From the IMG/VR virus record IMGVR_UViG_3300042890_006716: a stretch of DNA of 20,000 nucleotides; one strand, given 5' to 3'. The notes below the pieces were generated by a model, which did no database searches, had not been told where the DNA came from, and worked only from the letters and a program-made list of their open reading frames with translations. Positions 1-8,505 of the stretch are shown here, piece by piece. Position numbers and translations under genes: made by a program. The first letter of the stretch is position 1, and every line of letters starts with the position of its first letter. The DNA is from an uncultured virus (IMG/VR IMGVR_UViG_3300042890_006716) (lineage: Duplodnaviria; Heunggongvirae; Uroviricota; Caudoviricetes).

Positions 1-1052
1 ACATCCCACACTATCATTTGAAAAGATTTCACATTCACTATGATGAACCGATTGATGAAGCAATTTTGGCGAACGTAATTGTTTGTCAGACTGTGTTTAG
101 AAACTGTGAATATTTTAGACCAAGATTTACAATTTTCACACCAACCTACAAAACAGGAGAAAGGATTTATAGGACTTATGAGTCTTTAAACAACCAAACC
201 TTTGATAATTGGGAATGGGTTGTGGTTGATGATTCGCCTGACCCTGAAACTTGGGAGATGATAACTGAAATTGCGGAGAAAGACTATCGGGTAAAACCTC
301 ACAGGATTTATCCATTATCGGGTGGTAATATTGGTTTGGCTAAACATCGTGCAGCTATGTTAGGTGATGGTGATTGGTTGATTGAATTGGACCACGATGA
401 TTGTTTGGTTACAACTTGTCTTGAAACCGCTAATGATGCAATATTAAAATACCCTGACGCGGGATTTCTTTATACTGATTGTTCAGAGATATACGAGGAC
501 GGTGAACCTAAGTTTTATGACCACGATTGGACTGGTAATTGGTATGCTCGTCACGATAACTATTTTGACTTTGGGTATGCTGGACACAGTTGGGTAAATG
601 TTGACGGTGTTGATAGACTTGCTCATTGGTACCCTGATGTAAACCCACTCACAATTAGATTCAATATCACAATGCCAAACCACGCTAGAATGTGGGAGAG
701 AAGTGTTTATCATAATATTTCAGGACACAATAAATTAACACCTGTTGCTGATGACTTGGAGATTCTTATTCGTACATTTTTAGAAACCAAGATGATTCAC
801 GTAAAGAAGGTGTTATATCTACAATACAACAATAACAACTCAACAGTTGATAATAATGCAACAGATATTAATCGTAGGGCCAGATTAATCAGGGACTTCT
901 ATGATAAAAGAATACACGACAGAATTGAAGAAATGGGTTATTTTGATTGGAATTGGGATGAGATTACACAACACTCACAAAAGTTCCAAAACAGTGTCCC
1001 AATCAAAAAATACTATAAACAAGAACAAGTAATGAATTACATTTATGAATAA
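1..1052 (+). CDS. Glycosyltransferase family 2 (GT-A fold), 5'-truncated by the window edge
   Basis: FTIFTPTYK...EWVVVDDS N-terminal GT2 signature, ELDHDD (DxD-like) motif and ADDLE motif. The frame has no stop upstream of the TTG at 18, so the true start lies outside the window. Confidence 0.85.
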   Translation, partial: IPHYHLKRFHIHYDEPIDEAILANVIVCQTVFRNCEYFRPRFTIFTPTYKTGERIYRTYESLNNQTFDNWEWVVVDDSPDPETWEMITEIAEKDYRVKPHRIYPLSGGNIGLAKHRAAMLGDGDWLIELDHDDCLVTTCLETANDAILKYPDAGFLYTDCSEIYEDGEPKFYDHDWTGNWYARHDNYFDFGYAGHSWVNVDGVDRLAHWYPDVNPLTIRFNITMPNHARMWERSVYHNISGHNKLTPVADDLEILIRTFLETKMIHVKKVLYLQYNNNNSTVDNNATDINRRARLIRDFYDKRIHDRIEEMGYFDWNWDEITQHSQKFQNSVPIKKYYKQEQVMNYIYE

Positions 1053-2202
1053 AAAAACCAAAATTTGCTTAAACGCGATGGTGGCTAATGAGGCCAGAAC
1101 TATCACAAGAATGTTAGACTCCTGTTTCCAATATATTGATTATTGGGTTATACAGGACAATGGGTCTACTGACGGAACACAAGACATTATAAGAAACTAC
1201 TTCAAAGAAAAAGGGATTCCTGGATTCCTGTATGAGATTGAATGGCAATATCCAGGATGGAATAGAGACCATACCTTACAGGAATGTTTGAAGGCTGACC
1301 ACGGATGTGATTGGATTCTGAGAATGGATGCTGATGAACAACTAATTGTTGATGAGGACTTTGATTGGACTGTATTGGAAGACACTTCAATTGATTCATT
1401 CAACATTACAGCTCAGGCAATGGGTACAAAGTATTACAGAACTTGGTTATGGAATGCAAAAAGACCTTGGTTTTTTCAACACGATAAAAGACACGAAACA
1501 ATTCACTTACCTGAAGTCGGTGAAAATTTCCAAAGAATGGTTCTACCTTTTGGATTTAGACACTTAATCACAAATGATGGTCAGACTTGGTTTGCACCAA
1601 GAAAGTTTTTGAGAGATGCTTTGGAATTAGAAATTGACAAAGTTGTTGGAAACACCATCAATGAGGATATGTATCATCTTTGGTATGTTGGTAAGAGTTA
1701 TGCTGATTGTTATGGAAATCCTGATGAACTTGCATTTGGAAAGGACCACTCAGACGAATATGCTCGTAGAGCGATTTTCTACTTTAATAAGTTTTTAGCA
1801 CTTAATCACAACTGGTTTAATACTGGTAAACCTGCAAGATTAGATGAGATGTCATATCTAACATTTATACTTTTGGGTGAAGCATATAACTTTAGAGGGG
1901 AGTATGATAAAGCGGAAGAACACTACAAATCTGCAGGACCGTTCTCTCCAACAAGAAATGAACACTTGATGTATTTGGCATTCTTTTATGAGAAAAGACA
2001 AAGGAACAAAGAAGCTCTTGAGGTTGTTGAACAAATGATTAATGAAGGTAGAGAAAACCCATATCCTAATTTGTGTTTCTTGATTGAGGATAGATGTTAT
2101 ACTAATTCATCTAACTTCTTGTATGAGTTCAAAGAAAGATTAGAGAACAAGATTAATAAACCTGTATTATCTCCTGACAGTGTCGTTTTTGACTTCCTAT
2201 AG
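1045..2202 (+). CDS. Glycosyltransferase family 2 with C-terminal TPR-like repeats
   Basis: ICLNAMVANE...IQDNGSTDGT and WILRMDADE GT2 motifs. The C-terminal half has a TPR pattern (LGEAYNFRGEYDKAEEHYKSA). Confidence 0.85.
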   Translation: MNKKTKICLNAMVANEARTITRMLDSCFQYIDYWVIQDNGSTDGTQDIIRNYFKEKGIPGFLYEIEWQYPGWNRDHTLQECLKADHGCDWILRMDADEQLIVDEDFDWTVLEDTSIDSFNITAQAMGTKYYRTWLWNAKRPWFFQHDKRHETIHLPEVGENFQRMVLPFGFRHLITNDGQTWFAPRKFLRDALELEIDKVVGNTINEDMYHLWYVGKSYADCYGNPDELAFGKDHSDEYARRAIFYFNKFLALNHNWFNTGKPARLDEMSYLTFILLGEAYNFRGEYDKAEEHYKSAGPFSPTRNEHLMYLAFFYEKRQRNKEALEVVEQMINEGRENPYPNLCFLIEDRCYTNSSNFLYEFKERLENKINKPVLSPDSVVFDFL

Positions 2203-3307
2203 ACATTATGACTTTGTAATCGTGGGGGCAGGTCTCTTTGGAGCAATCTGCGCCCACGAACTAAGTAAGAAATTCAACGTATTAGTTGTTGAAAAAAGAA
2301 ATCATATCGGTGGAAACTGTTATACTGAAAATATAGACGGTATACACGTTCACAAGTATGGTGCTCACATATTCCATACTAATGATGAAAGAGTTTGGAA
2401 CTACGTAAACAGATTTGCAACTTTTAATCAGTTTGTTAATTCACCTTTGGCTAACTATAAGGGTGAGATTTACTCATTACCTTTCAATATGTGGACATTC
2501 AATCAACTGTGGGGTGTTAACACACCTGAAAAGGCACAGTATATGATTGATGAACAAAAATATAAGGGACCTATCACTAATTTGGAAGAACAAGCTCTTT
2601 CAATGGTAGGGACTGACATATATGAAAAGTTGATTAAAGGTTATACTGAGAAACAATGGGATAAGAAATGTTCTGAACTACCACCATCCATTATTAAAAG
2701 ATTACCTGTTAGATTTACTTGGAATAACAATTATTTCAATGACAAGTACCAAGGAATTCCTGACGGAGGTTATACCCAAATTTTTGAAAAACTACTATCA
2801 GGTATTGAAGTACTGACTGAATTTGATTTTTTTGAGAATAGAGATATCCTTGAGTCTTTATCTGATAAGATAATTTACACAGGACCAATTGATAAGTTTT
2901 ACGATTACGAATTTGGTCGATTGGAATATCGTAGTCTTAGATGGGAGAATTACCAATTAGAAGTTGACAACTTCCAAGGAAACCCTGTAATGAATTTTAC
3001 TGATTCTGATACTAAGTATACTCGAATATTAGAACATAAATGGTTTGACCCTAAGAATCAAAAAGGTACTTATATCAGTAAGGAATACTCTTGTGAGTAT
3101 ACTGGTGAGAACGAACCATATTACCCAATCAGAGACGGTAAAAATGTTGAGATTTATGAAAAATATAAATCATTGACAGAGTCTGAATCTAAATACATAT
3201 TTGGGGGTAGACTTGGGACCTATGCTTATTATGATATGCACCAAGTGGTTGCTCAAGCGTTACATACGGTAGATGGGATTTTTCGTAAATACGACTACTC
3301 GAAGTAA
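2180..3307 (+). CDS. glf: UDP-galactopyranose mutase
   Basis: VIVGAGLFG FAD-binding motif, EKRNHIGGNCY, HKYGAHIFHT, EPYYP and GRLGTYAYYDMHQ motifs characteristic of Glf. Start uncertain (GTG 2180 or TTG 2189). Confidence 0.95.
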   Translation: MSFLTSYRHYDFVIVGAGLFGAICAHELSKKFNVLVVEKRNHIGGNCYTENIDGIHVHKYGAHIFHTNDERVWNYVNRFATFNQFVNSPLANYKGEIYSLPFNMWTFNQLWGVNTPEKAQYMIDEQKYKGPITNLEEQALSMVGTDIYEKLIKGYTEKQWDKKCSELPPSIIKRLPVRFTWNNNYFNDKYQGIPDGGYTQIFEKLLSGIEVLTEFDFFENRDILESLSDKIIYTGPIDKFYDYEFGRLEYRSLRWENYQLEVDNFQGNPVMNFTDSDTKYTRILEHKWFDPKNQKGTYISKEYSCEYTGENEPYYPIRDGKNVEIYEKYKSLTESESKYIFGGRLGTYAYYDMHQVVAQALHTVDGIFRKYDYSK

Positions 3308-3582
3308 TAGTCGGTGAGACAGAAAGTGTCTTTTGTTAGTTGTGATGTAACAGAATCAATTCTTTCTTTTATTTGAGAAATTATTTGAGGTTGGTTAACA
3401 TCATCGTTATATGTCTTGATAGTAAGACCATAAACCCAATCACACATTGCGCTTCTAACAGGAGATTTAAGTAAGAATTGTATTTCAACTGAACGAATAT
3501 TTTTGAATGCAGGATTTTTACTAACCATATTTTTTACAATTTTGGTCAATACTCTTCTCATATAAAAATTCCTGTCGGCCAT
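3295..3582 (-). CDS. Hypothetical protein (95 aa)
   Basis: ATG-started ORF filling the gap between glf and the lysin. Preceded on the minus strand by TATCTTTG (3590-3597) and TATTTAT (3602-3608). Confidence 0.7.
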   Translation of the reverse strand: MADRNFYMRRVLTKIVKNMVSKNPAFKNIRSVEIQFLLKSPVRSAMCDWVYGLTIKTYNDDVNQPQIISQIKERIDSVTSQLTKDTFCLTDYYFE

Positions 3583-3641
3583 AATGAATCAAAGATATAT
3601 GATAAATACTTTGTAATTGTATATTTATAGATAAAAATATT

Positions 3642-4436
3642 ATGTCAAAACCACTTTTGAAAGAAGTTAATAAGCAGTTTAGACTTATGGGTTTAAATGA
3701 ACAAGCTATTGGGAGACTTGCCGATTTTTTAAAAACCCTTTCAGCATTTGCGCCTGAAGAGAAACCAAAAGGTGATGAGGTTAAAACCGACGACCTTGAA
3801 GTTTCCGATAATGGTAAAATCAAACACAGTTATAGTGGTGAAGCCGGCAGAAACGTAGAAATCGTGATAGATGAAATGAATAAAATGGGTATTACTGATG
3901 TTGATACTCAAATTGGTATATTAAGTGTTTTGGCCAAAGAATCTGGTTTTCAGATGGGTTCTGAAATTGGTTACGGTAATACAAGTAACGATAGAATCAG
4001 AAGTATTTTTGGTAAAAGAGCCCAAAGGTTAAGTGATAGACAGTTAACGAGACTTAAAAAAAGTAATAAGGACTTTTTTGAATATATGTATGGGTACAAA
4101 TCAGGTATCAGATTGGGTAACACTGAACCTGGTGATGGATACAAATACAGAGGTAGAGGGTTCAATGGACTAACAGGTAGAGCGAACTACAAAAAATATG
4201 GTAGTCTTGTTGGTGAAAACCTTGAAGGTAATCCTGATTCATTAGATGACCCAAGAGTAGCTGCCAAAGTTGCAATTGCCTTTATGTTAAAAGGTAAATC
4301 ACCAAATTCACTTCCTAAATTTGATAATGAAAAAGACGCGTCTAACTATTTTGCTGACTTGAATGCTGGTGGTTCATCAGGTATGGCACGTTCTAAAGCA
4401 AGTGAAACTTTATCTAAGTTTGAAAAAATCGCGTAA
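3642..4436 (+). CDS. Glycoside hydrolase family 19 (lysozyme/chitinase-like) lysin with N-terminal leader
   Basis: KESG (catalytic Glu region) and LGNTEPGDGYKYRGRGFNGLTGRANY closely match the phage GH19 signature. Confidence 0.85.
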   Translation: MSKPLLKEVNKQFRLMGLNEQAIGRLADFLKTLSAFAPEEKPKGDEVKTDDLEVSDNGKIKHSYSGEAGRNVEIVIDEMNKMGITDVDTQIGILSVLAKESGFQMGSEIGYGNTSNDRIRSIFGKRAQRLSDRQLTRLKKSNKDFFEYMYGYKSGIRLGNTEPGDGYKYRGRGFNGLTGRANYKKYGSLVGENLEGNPDSLDDPRVAAKVAIAFMLKGKSPNSLPKFDNEKDASNYFADLNAGGSSGMARSKASETLSKFEKIA

Positions 4437-4439
4437 TTT

Positions 4440-4471
4440 TTTGATTTAATCTATATTTTATTTTACCTTTG
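4440..4471 (+). promoter_or_regulatory. Bacteroidota-type primary sigma promoter (-33 TTTG / -7 TAnnTTTG)
   Basis: TTTG 4440-4443, 20-nt spacer, TACCTTTG 4464-4471, ATG at 4476. Confidence 0.75.
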
Positions 4472-4475
4472 TCCT

Positions 4476-5144
4476 ATGAAACTTGTATTAGAGAAAGGAC
4501 AGCGGTTATTTTTTACCAGTGATACTCACTATGGTCACGGTAATATTTGTAGCGCAACTACAAAATGGGTTGGCGCTGAAAATCTAACTCGAGATTTCAA
4601 ATCCCTTGACCATATGAATGATGTCTTGGTCAACAACATCAATGAGATGATTGGTGAGAATGATATATTGATTCACTTAGGTGACTGGTCTTTCGGTGGA
4701 TTCGATAAGATTGAAGAGTTTCGTAACAGAATCTTATGTAAAAACGTTTACTTAGTTTTTGGTAACCACGACCACCACATTCGTAGAGATAAAGAAGACA
4801 TCCAAAGGGTGTTCAAAGGATGTTTTGATTACTTACATTTAGATTTGAGGATTCCCAACGGAAAGATTGTAGATAAGATTTCTATCGTATGTCTACACTA
4901 TCCAATAGCGTCTTGGAATGGTATGAATGATGGGGTAATTCACTTACACGGACACGTTCACTTACCATCACATCTTAAGATTGCTGATGGACGAGCAATG
5001 GACGTTGGGGTTGACGGTAACAACTTATATCCTTATGATTTAAGTGAGATTCGTTCTTTGTTGAAGGACCGACCAAAAGTAAGGTTAACACTTCCTAAAG
5101 ACCATCACGAAAAAAGAATTGACCCCACGGAAGTTGACAGTTAA
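4476..5144 (+). CDS. Calcineurin-like metallophosphoesterase
   Basis: Metal-binding motifs in order: SDTH, HLGD, GNHD, LHYP, HGHVH. DVGVD near the C-terminus. Confidence 0.9.
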   Translation: MKLVLEKGQRLFFTSDTHYGHGNICSATTKWVGAENLTRDFKSLDHMNDVLVNNINEMIGENDILIHLGDWSFGGFDKIEEFRNRILCKNVYLVFGNHDHHIRRDKEDIQRVFKGCFDYLHLDLRIPNGKIVDKISIVCLHYPIASWNGMNDGVIHLHGHVHLPSHLKIADGRAMDVGVDGNNLYPYDLSEIRSLLKDRPKVRLTLPKDHHEKRIDPTEVDS

Positions 5145-5163
5145 TAAAAAACATTTATATTTG
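5133..5163 (+). promoter_or_regulatory. Bacteroidota-type -33/-7 promoter
   Basis: GTTG 5133-5136, 19-nt spacer, TATATTTG 5156-5163, upstream of ATG 5184. Confidence 0.7.
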
Positions 5164-5183
5164 TAAAACTTAAATAGAAGATT

Positions 5184-5618
5184 ATGACGATTAAACAAGC
5201 ACTAAAACAAAAAGCTCGATTGGTGAAAAGTATCAATGAGAGAATTGTTCGAATTGAAAAAGATAACTCAGTTATCGAAGGAGCCATCCGTAGTTATGAC
5301 CCACAGACAGAATTGCAGAGTTTGTTGGAAGAAACTAACCAATTGATTGAATTGAAGACTGCAATCCACAGGGCGAATAATGAAGTTTATGACAAGATTT
5401 TCCGTTTGTCTGAATTGAAAAATTTGGTTAAGACCTTGAAGAAAATGGATACCCAAGAGGGTAACGTTAGTCGTAGAGGTTATGGTGAATCAATGTTGTT
5501 GAACTATAATGTAGTTATCAGCGCTAGCACCCGAGACAAAATGGTTAAGTCTTATGAAGACGAGATTGACGCTCTTCAGGACGAGTTAGACACATACAAC
5601 GCGACAAAAACGTTGTAA
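5184..5618 (+). CDS. Coiled-coil protein, DIP1984/DUF6847-like
   Basis: Pattern MTIKQALKQK...NSVIEG...DP...LIELKTAIHRAN...EIDALQDELDTYNATKT resembles DIP1984-family helical proteins. Recognised from memory of the family pattern. Confidence 0.6.
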   Translation: MTIKQALKQKARLVKSINERIVRIEKDNSVIEGAIRSYDPQTELQSLLEETNQLIELKTAIHRANNEVYDKIFRLSELKNLVKTLKKMDTQEGNVSRRGYGESMLLNYNVVISASTRDKMVKSYEDEIDALQDELDTYNATKTL

Positions 5619-5627
5619 AAGAAAGTT

Positions 5628-5801
5628 GTGTTTGGTTGGTGTTTTTGGAGATTTAGTTACATAAAAACTCTACTATCCATTAGATAATTGATGACGTTAA
5701 AGTATTCAAAAATTAGATTGTTCACCTGTTCAAAAATCACTGAGAGAGTCAAACCTTAAAACTCATTAAAACCTTTATTGAAGAAAACCTAGCCAACACA
5801 C
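5628..5801 (+). ncRNA. Candidate structured non-coding RNA or long structured 3' UTR
   Basis: 5628-5646 (GTGTTTGGTTGGTGTTTTT) can pair with 5783-5801 (GAAAACCTAGCCAACACAC), about 18 bp with G-U pairs and two bulges. It encloses six TYAAA motifs and is followed immediately by a terminator. Confidence 0.55.
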
Positions 5802-5802
5802 T

Positions 5803-5830
5803 AACCCCTCACTTCGGTGGGGGGTTTTTT
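5803..5830 (+). terminator. Rho-independent terminator
   Basis: AACCCCTCAC-TTCG-GTGGGGGGTTTTTT hairpin with T tract. Confidence 0.85.
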
Positions 5831-5842
5831 AAAAAAACGAGT

Positions 5843-6088
5843 ATGAAAAATATCCTTATAAAAACGTTATTCCATTTAGCATTAATCGTAATCACTGTAT
5901 TGGTGATGTGGGAAATTATGGACTATTCATTTATTTTTATGAATAAACCTGACAGTGCACTTGTAATAATTGGCTTCGCATTTTTATTAGCAACCTTTAT
6001 TGGCGGAGTTTATGTAATTAAAAATGTTGCGGATTCATTAATTAATTTATTTAAAACAAACAAAAAAGAAGATGAGCAATCTAACTAA
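5843..6088 (+). CDS. Small membrane protein (2 predicted TM helices)
   Basis: Two long hydrophobic stretches. Overlaps the start of the SPFH gene. Confidence 0.75.
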   Translation: MKNILIKTLFHLALIVITVLVMWEIMDYSFIFMNKPDSALVIIGFAFLLATFIGGVYVIKNVADSLINLFKTNKKEDEQSN

Positions 6089-6926
6089 AATTTTGGGAAG
6101 CGTAATTGCTTTGGTATTAATTTTCACTATGTTCGCAGGATGTGAACGTATTGATGCAGGACACGTAGGTGTTAAGGTAAATCTCTATGGAGATGGTAAA
6201 GGTGTTGATGATGTTACTGAGGTAACAGGGTGGGTATTTTATAACCCAATCAGTACAAAAATTGTTGAGTTCCCAACATACGTTCAACACAAAGAATATA
6301 AGTTGGACAGGGAGAATGAAATCGATGAGTCGTTTGTTGTTAACTCAAAAGACGGTTCCGAGTTTCACGTATCACCATTGTTGAACTACTCAGTTAAACG
6401 TGAAAAAGTACCTTACATTTTTTCAAAGTATCGTGTTGAGTTGGGTGATATTGAAGGTGGATTTCTAAAGACGGCTGTGTATGATGCTTTCCGAGTTGTT
6501 GCTAACTCATACACTGCGGATGAATTGATTTCAAACCGTGAATTGTTTGAGTTGAAGGTTAGAAGTGTTTTGGTAAAACAACTTGAACCTGAAGGGTTTA
6601 TTCTAAGTCAGTTTACATCTAACTTGGTTTACCCTGAAACATTCAAGAAAGCAATTGAAGCTAAGAATAACGCGGTCCAAGCGGCTTTAACGGCTGAGAA
6701 CAAAGTAAAACAAGCTGAGGCTGAGGCTAAGATTAAAGTGGCAACTGCTGAAGGTAACGCTCAGGCGATGTTAACAAGAGCTAAGGCTGAAGCGGAAGCA
6801 AACCGACTACGACAACAAACACTAACTCCTATGTTGATTCAACAACAATGGATTGAGAAGTGGAAAGGTAACGTACCGTCCACGGTCCTGGGAAATGGAA
6901 CCAATCTAATGTATGGGATTAAGTAA
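6072..6926 (+). CDS. SPFH/Band 7/prohibitin domain protein
   Basis: N-terminal hydrophobic anchor ending FAGC, then RIDAGHVGVKV, an Ala/Glu-rich coiled coil (AEAEAKIKVATAEGNAQA) and IEKWKGNVP, typical of phage SPFH proteins. Confidence 0.9.
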   Translation: MSNLTKILGSVIALVLIFTMFAGCERIDAGHVGVKVNLYGDGKGVDDVTEVTGWVFYNPISTKIVEFPTYVQHKEYKLDRENEIDESFVVNSKDGSEFHVSPLLNYSVKREKVPYIFSKYRVELGDIEGGFLKTAVYDAFRVVANSYTADELISNRELFELKVRSVLVKQLEPEGFILSQFTSNLVYPETFKKAIEAKNNAVQAALTAENKVKQAEAEAKIKVATAEGNAQAMLTRAKAEAEANRLRQQTLTPMLIQQQWIEKWKGNVPSTVLGNGTNLMYGIK

Positions 6927-6931
6927 CTTTG

Positions 6932-6959
6932 AAACCCTCACCAATCGGTGGGGGTTTTT
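6932..6959 (+). terminator. Rho-independent terminator
   Basis: AAACCCTCACC-AATC-GGTGGGGGTTTTT. Confidence 0.85.
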
Positions 6960-6993
6960 ACTTTATGATGACAATATTCTGAAATATATGTTC

Positions 6994-7001
6994 TATATTT
7001 G
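6994..7001 (+). promoter_or_regulatory. Bacteroidota-type -7 element
   Basis: TATATTTG 5 nt before ATG 7007. No clear -33 element. Confidence 0.55.
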
Positions 7002-7006
7002 AAATT

Positions 7007-7849
7007 ATGAAAAAACTATTTACGCTTTTAATGCTTTTGGTCTCCTTAGCAACAGCGAACGCAAAATGTGATTGGAGCACACTAAAACTCCAACAATCAA
7101 ATCAACGTAATCTTTACAAATGGTATGTGAGTGGTCAAGTACTTGATGACACTTGTGTTGATTATATGTTTATGGTTTACGACTTCCAAACCAAAAAGAC
7201 TGATACTATTAGAGATAATAGGGGGTTGATTCAAGTTCAATTTAATGTTAAAGGTAAATATAAAATGTATTTGAAGGTTTGGAACAGGTGTACAAAATGT
7301 GATACGGCCATCTACCGACCTTTAGAAATTATTAAGTTTCCAGGCGCTACTGTAAGTTCGAATGTGTATCCAAATAGTTGTAAGCAGTATAAATTTGAAA
7401 TGAGCACTATTAAAGGTTACCCATTAAAAGATACTTGTATGAGCTACTACTTAATGTTCTACTCAGGACCTTGGATGGCTAAAATGACTCAAAGTGAGTG
7501 GGACTCACTTAGTGATTACCAAATTGGAATGGAATATGATTTTCCAGATGCGGACTTCTTAGGTTATGGTGATACAAGGCTTTTTAACTTTGTATTTAAA
7601 GACACTGGTCGTGTATTAGTAGTTGCTCAATGGTGGAACAAATGTGTTAGTCAGGACACATTCATGTTTAGGAAATTAGATGTTTGTAAGCGTTCTAATC
7701 TTTCAAGTGTGATTACATTTACCAAACCTGAACCAAAAGTAATTGGGATGTATGACATGATGGGTCGACCTGTTTATAATGTTCGTAAAGAAGAAATTAT
7801 AATTTATCTTTATGATAATGGTAAAACCGAGAAGGTCTTGATACACTAA
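7007..7849 (+). CDS. Secreted Cys-containing beta-sandwich (PKD-like) protein with T9SS-like C-terminal domain
   Basis: Sec signal peptide MKKLFTLLMLLVSLATANA. GKYKMYLKVWNRCTKCDT is a PKD-like strand pattern. C-terminus KVIGMYDMMGRPV...IIIYLYDNGKTEKVL resembles Bacteroidota sorting domains. Confidence 0.65.
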   Translation: MKKLFTLLMLLVSLATANAKCDWSTLKLQQSNQRNLYKWYVSGQVLDDTCVDYMFMVYDFQTKKTDTIRDNRGLIQVQFNVKGKYKMYLKVWNRCTKCDTAIYRPLEIIKFPGATVSSNVYPNSCKQYKFEMSTIKGYPLKDTCMSYYLMFYSGPWMAKMTQSEWDSLSDYQIGMEYDFPDADFLGYGDTRLFNFVFKDTGRVLVVAQWWNKCVSQDTFMFRKLDVCKRSNLSSVITFTKPEPKVIGMYDMMGRPVYNVRKEEIIIYLYDNGKTEKVLIH

Positions 7850-7868
7850 TATTTTTTAGTTATCATTG
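7838..7868 (+). promoter_or_regulatory. Bacteroidota-type promoter (variant -7 element)
   Basis: TTG 7838-7840, 20-nt spacer, TATCATTG 7861-7868. Supports ATG 7884 as the cyclophilin start. Confidence 0.55.
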
Positions 7869-7883
7869 TTAAAAACAAGATAT

Positions 7884-8315
7884 ATGAGTAAAGTAAAAAT
7901 CTCAACAGCAAAAGGTGATATGATTGCGGAGTTGTATGACAACGAAACTCCAATCACGGTAGAAAACTTTAAGAGTTTGATTAACAAGAAATTCTATGAC
8001 GGACTTAATTTCCATAGAGTGATTCCTGGATTTGTTGCCCAAGGTGGTTGTCCTAACGGTGTTGGAAATGGAGGACCTGGATACACAATCCAATGTGAAG
8101 TAACAGCGCCAAAACAATTCCACGATAAAGGTGTTCTTTCAATGGCACACGCTGGTCGTAACACAGGAGGTTCACAGTTCTTTATCTGTCACAATAGACA
8201 GAACACCCAACACTTGGACGGTAATCATACCTGTTTTGGGAAGATTGTTGAAGGTGTTGATATCATTGACCAACTCCAACAAGGTGACCAAATCAATTCT
8301 ATGGAATTGATTTAA
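7884..8315 (+). CDS. Cyclophilin-type peptidyl-prolyl cis-trans isomerase
   Basis: FYDGLNFHRVIPGFVAQGG, LSMAHAGRNTGGSQFFI and HLDGNHTCFGKIVEG are cyclophilin signatures. Confidence 0.95.
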   Translation: MSKVKISTAKGDMIAELYDNETPITVENFKSLINKKFYDGLNFHRVIPGFVAQGGCPNGVGNGGPGYTIQCEVTAPKQFHDKGVLSMAHAGRNTGGSQFFICHNRQNTQHLDGNHTCFGKIVEGVDIIDQLQQGDQINSMELI

Positions 8316-8320
8316 TCTTG

Positions 8321-8346
8321 AACCCCACTTAACGGTGGGGTTTTTT
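8321..8346 (+). terminator. Rho-independent terminator
   Basis: AACCCCACT-TAAC-GGTGGGGTTTTTT. Confidence 0.85.
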
Positions 8347-8367
8347 GTTTTTAACATATTTATGAGT

Positions 8368-8505
8368 ATGGCAAAGGCAAGAAAAGAGGGGAAACCAAAA
8401 AGAAACAGGGTAAATGTTAAAAAAACCCTTGACAGAATTAGTAATAACAACGATATTATTAATCGATACATAAAAGAACTAAAAGGAAACAGTTATGACA
8501 CTTGA
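8368..8505 (+). CDS. Small basic hypothetical protein (45 aa, not in ORF track)
   Basis: MAKARKEGKPKRNRVNVKKTLDRISNNNDIINRYIKELKGNSYDT. TATTTAT at 8357-8363 lies 4 nt upstream. Confidence 0.6.
   Translation: MAKARKEGKPKRNRVNVKKTLDRISNNNDIINRYIKELKGNSYDT

Noticed and set aside
2183..2202. Canonical -1 slippery site fusing GT2-TPR to glf
   Set aside because: Only five Ts (GTTTTTG), not an X XXY YYZ heptamer, and no evident stimulatory structure.
5697..5770. TYAAA repeats as a CRISPR mini-array or classical type III antitoxin tandem repeat
   Set aside because: The units are 5-9 nt and irregularly spaced, unlike ~30-40-nt repeats, and the adjacent protein does not resemble ToxN or Cas.
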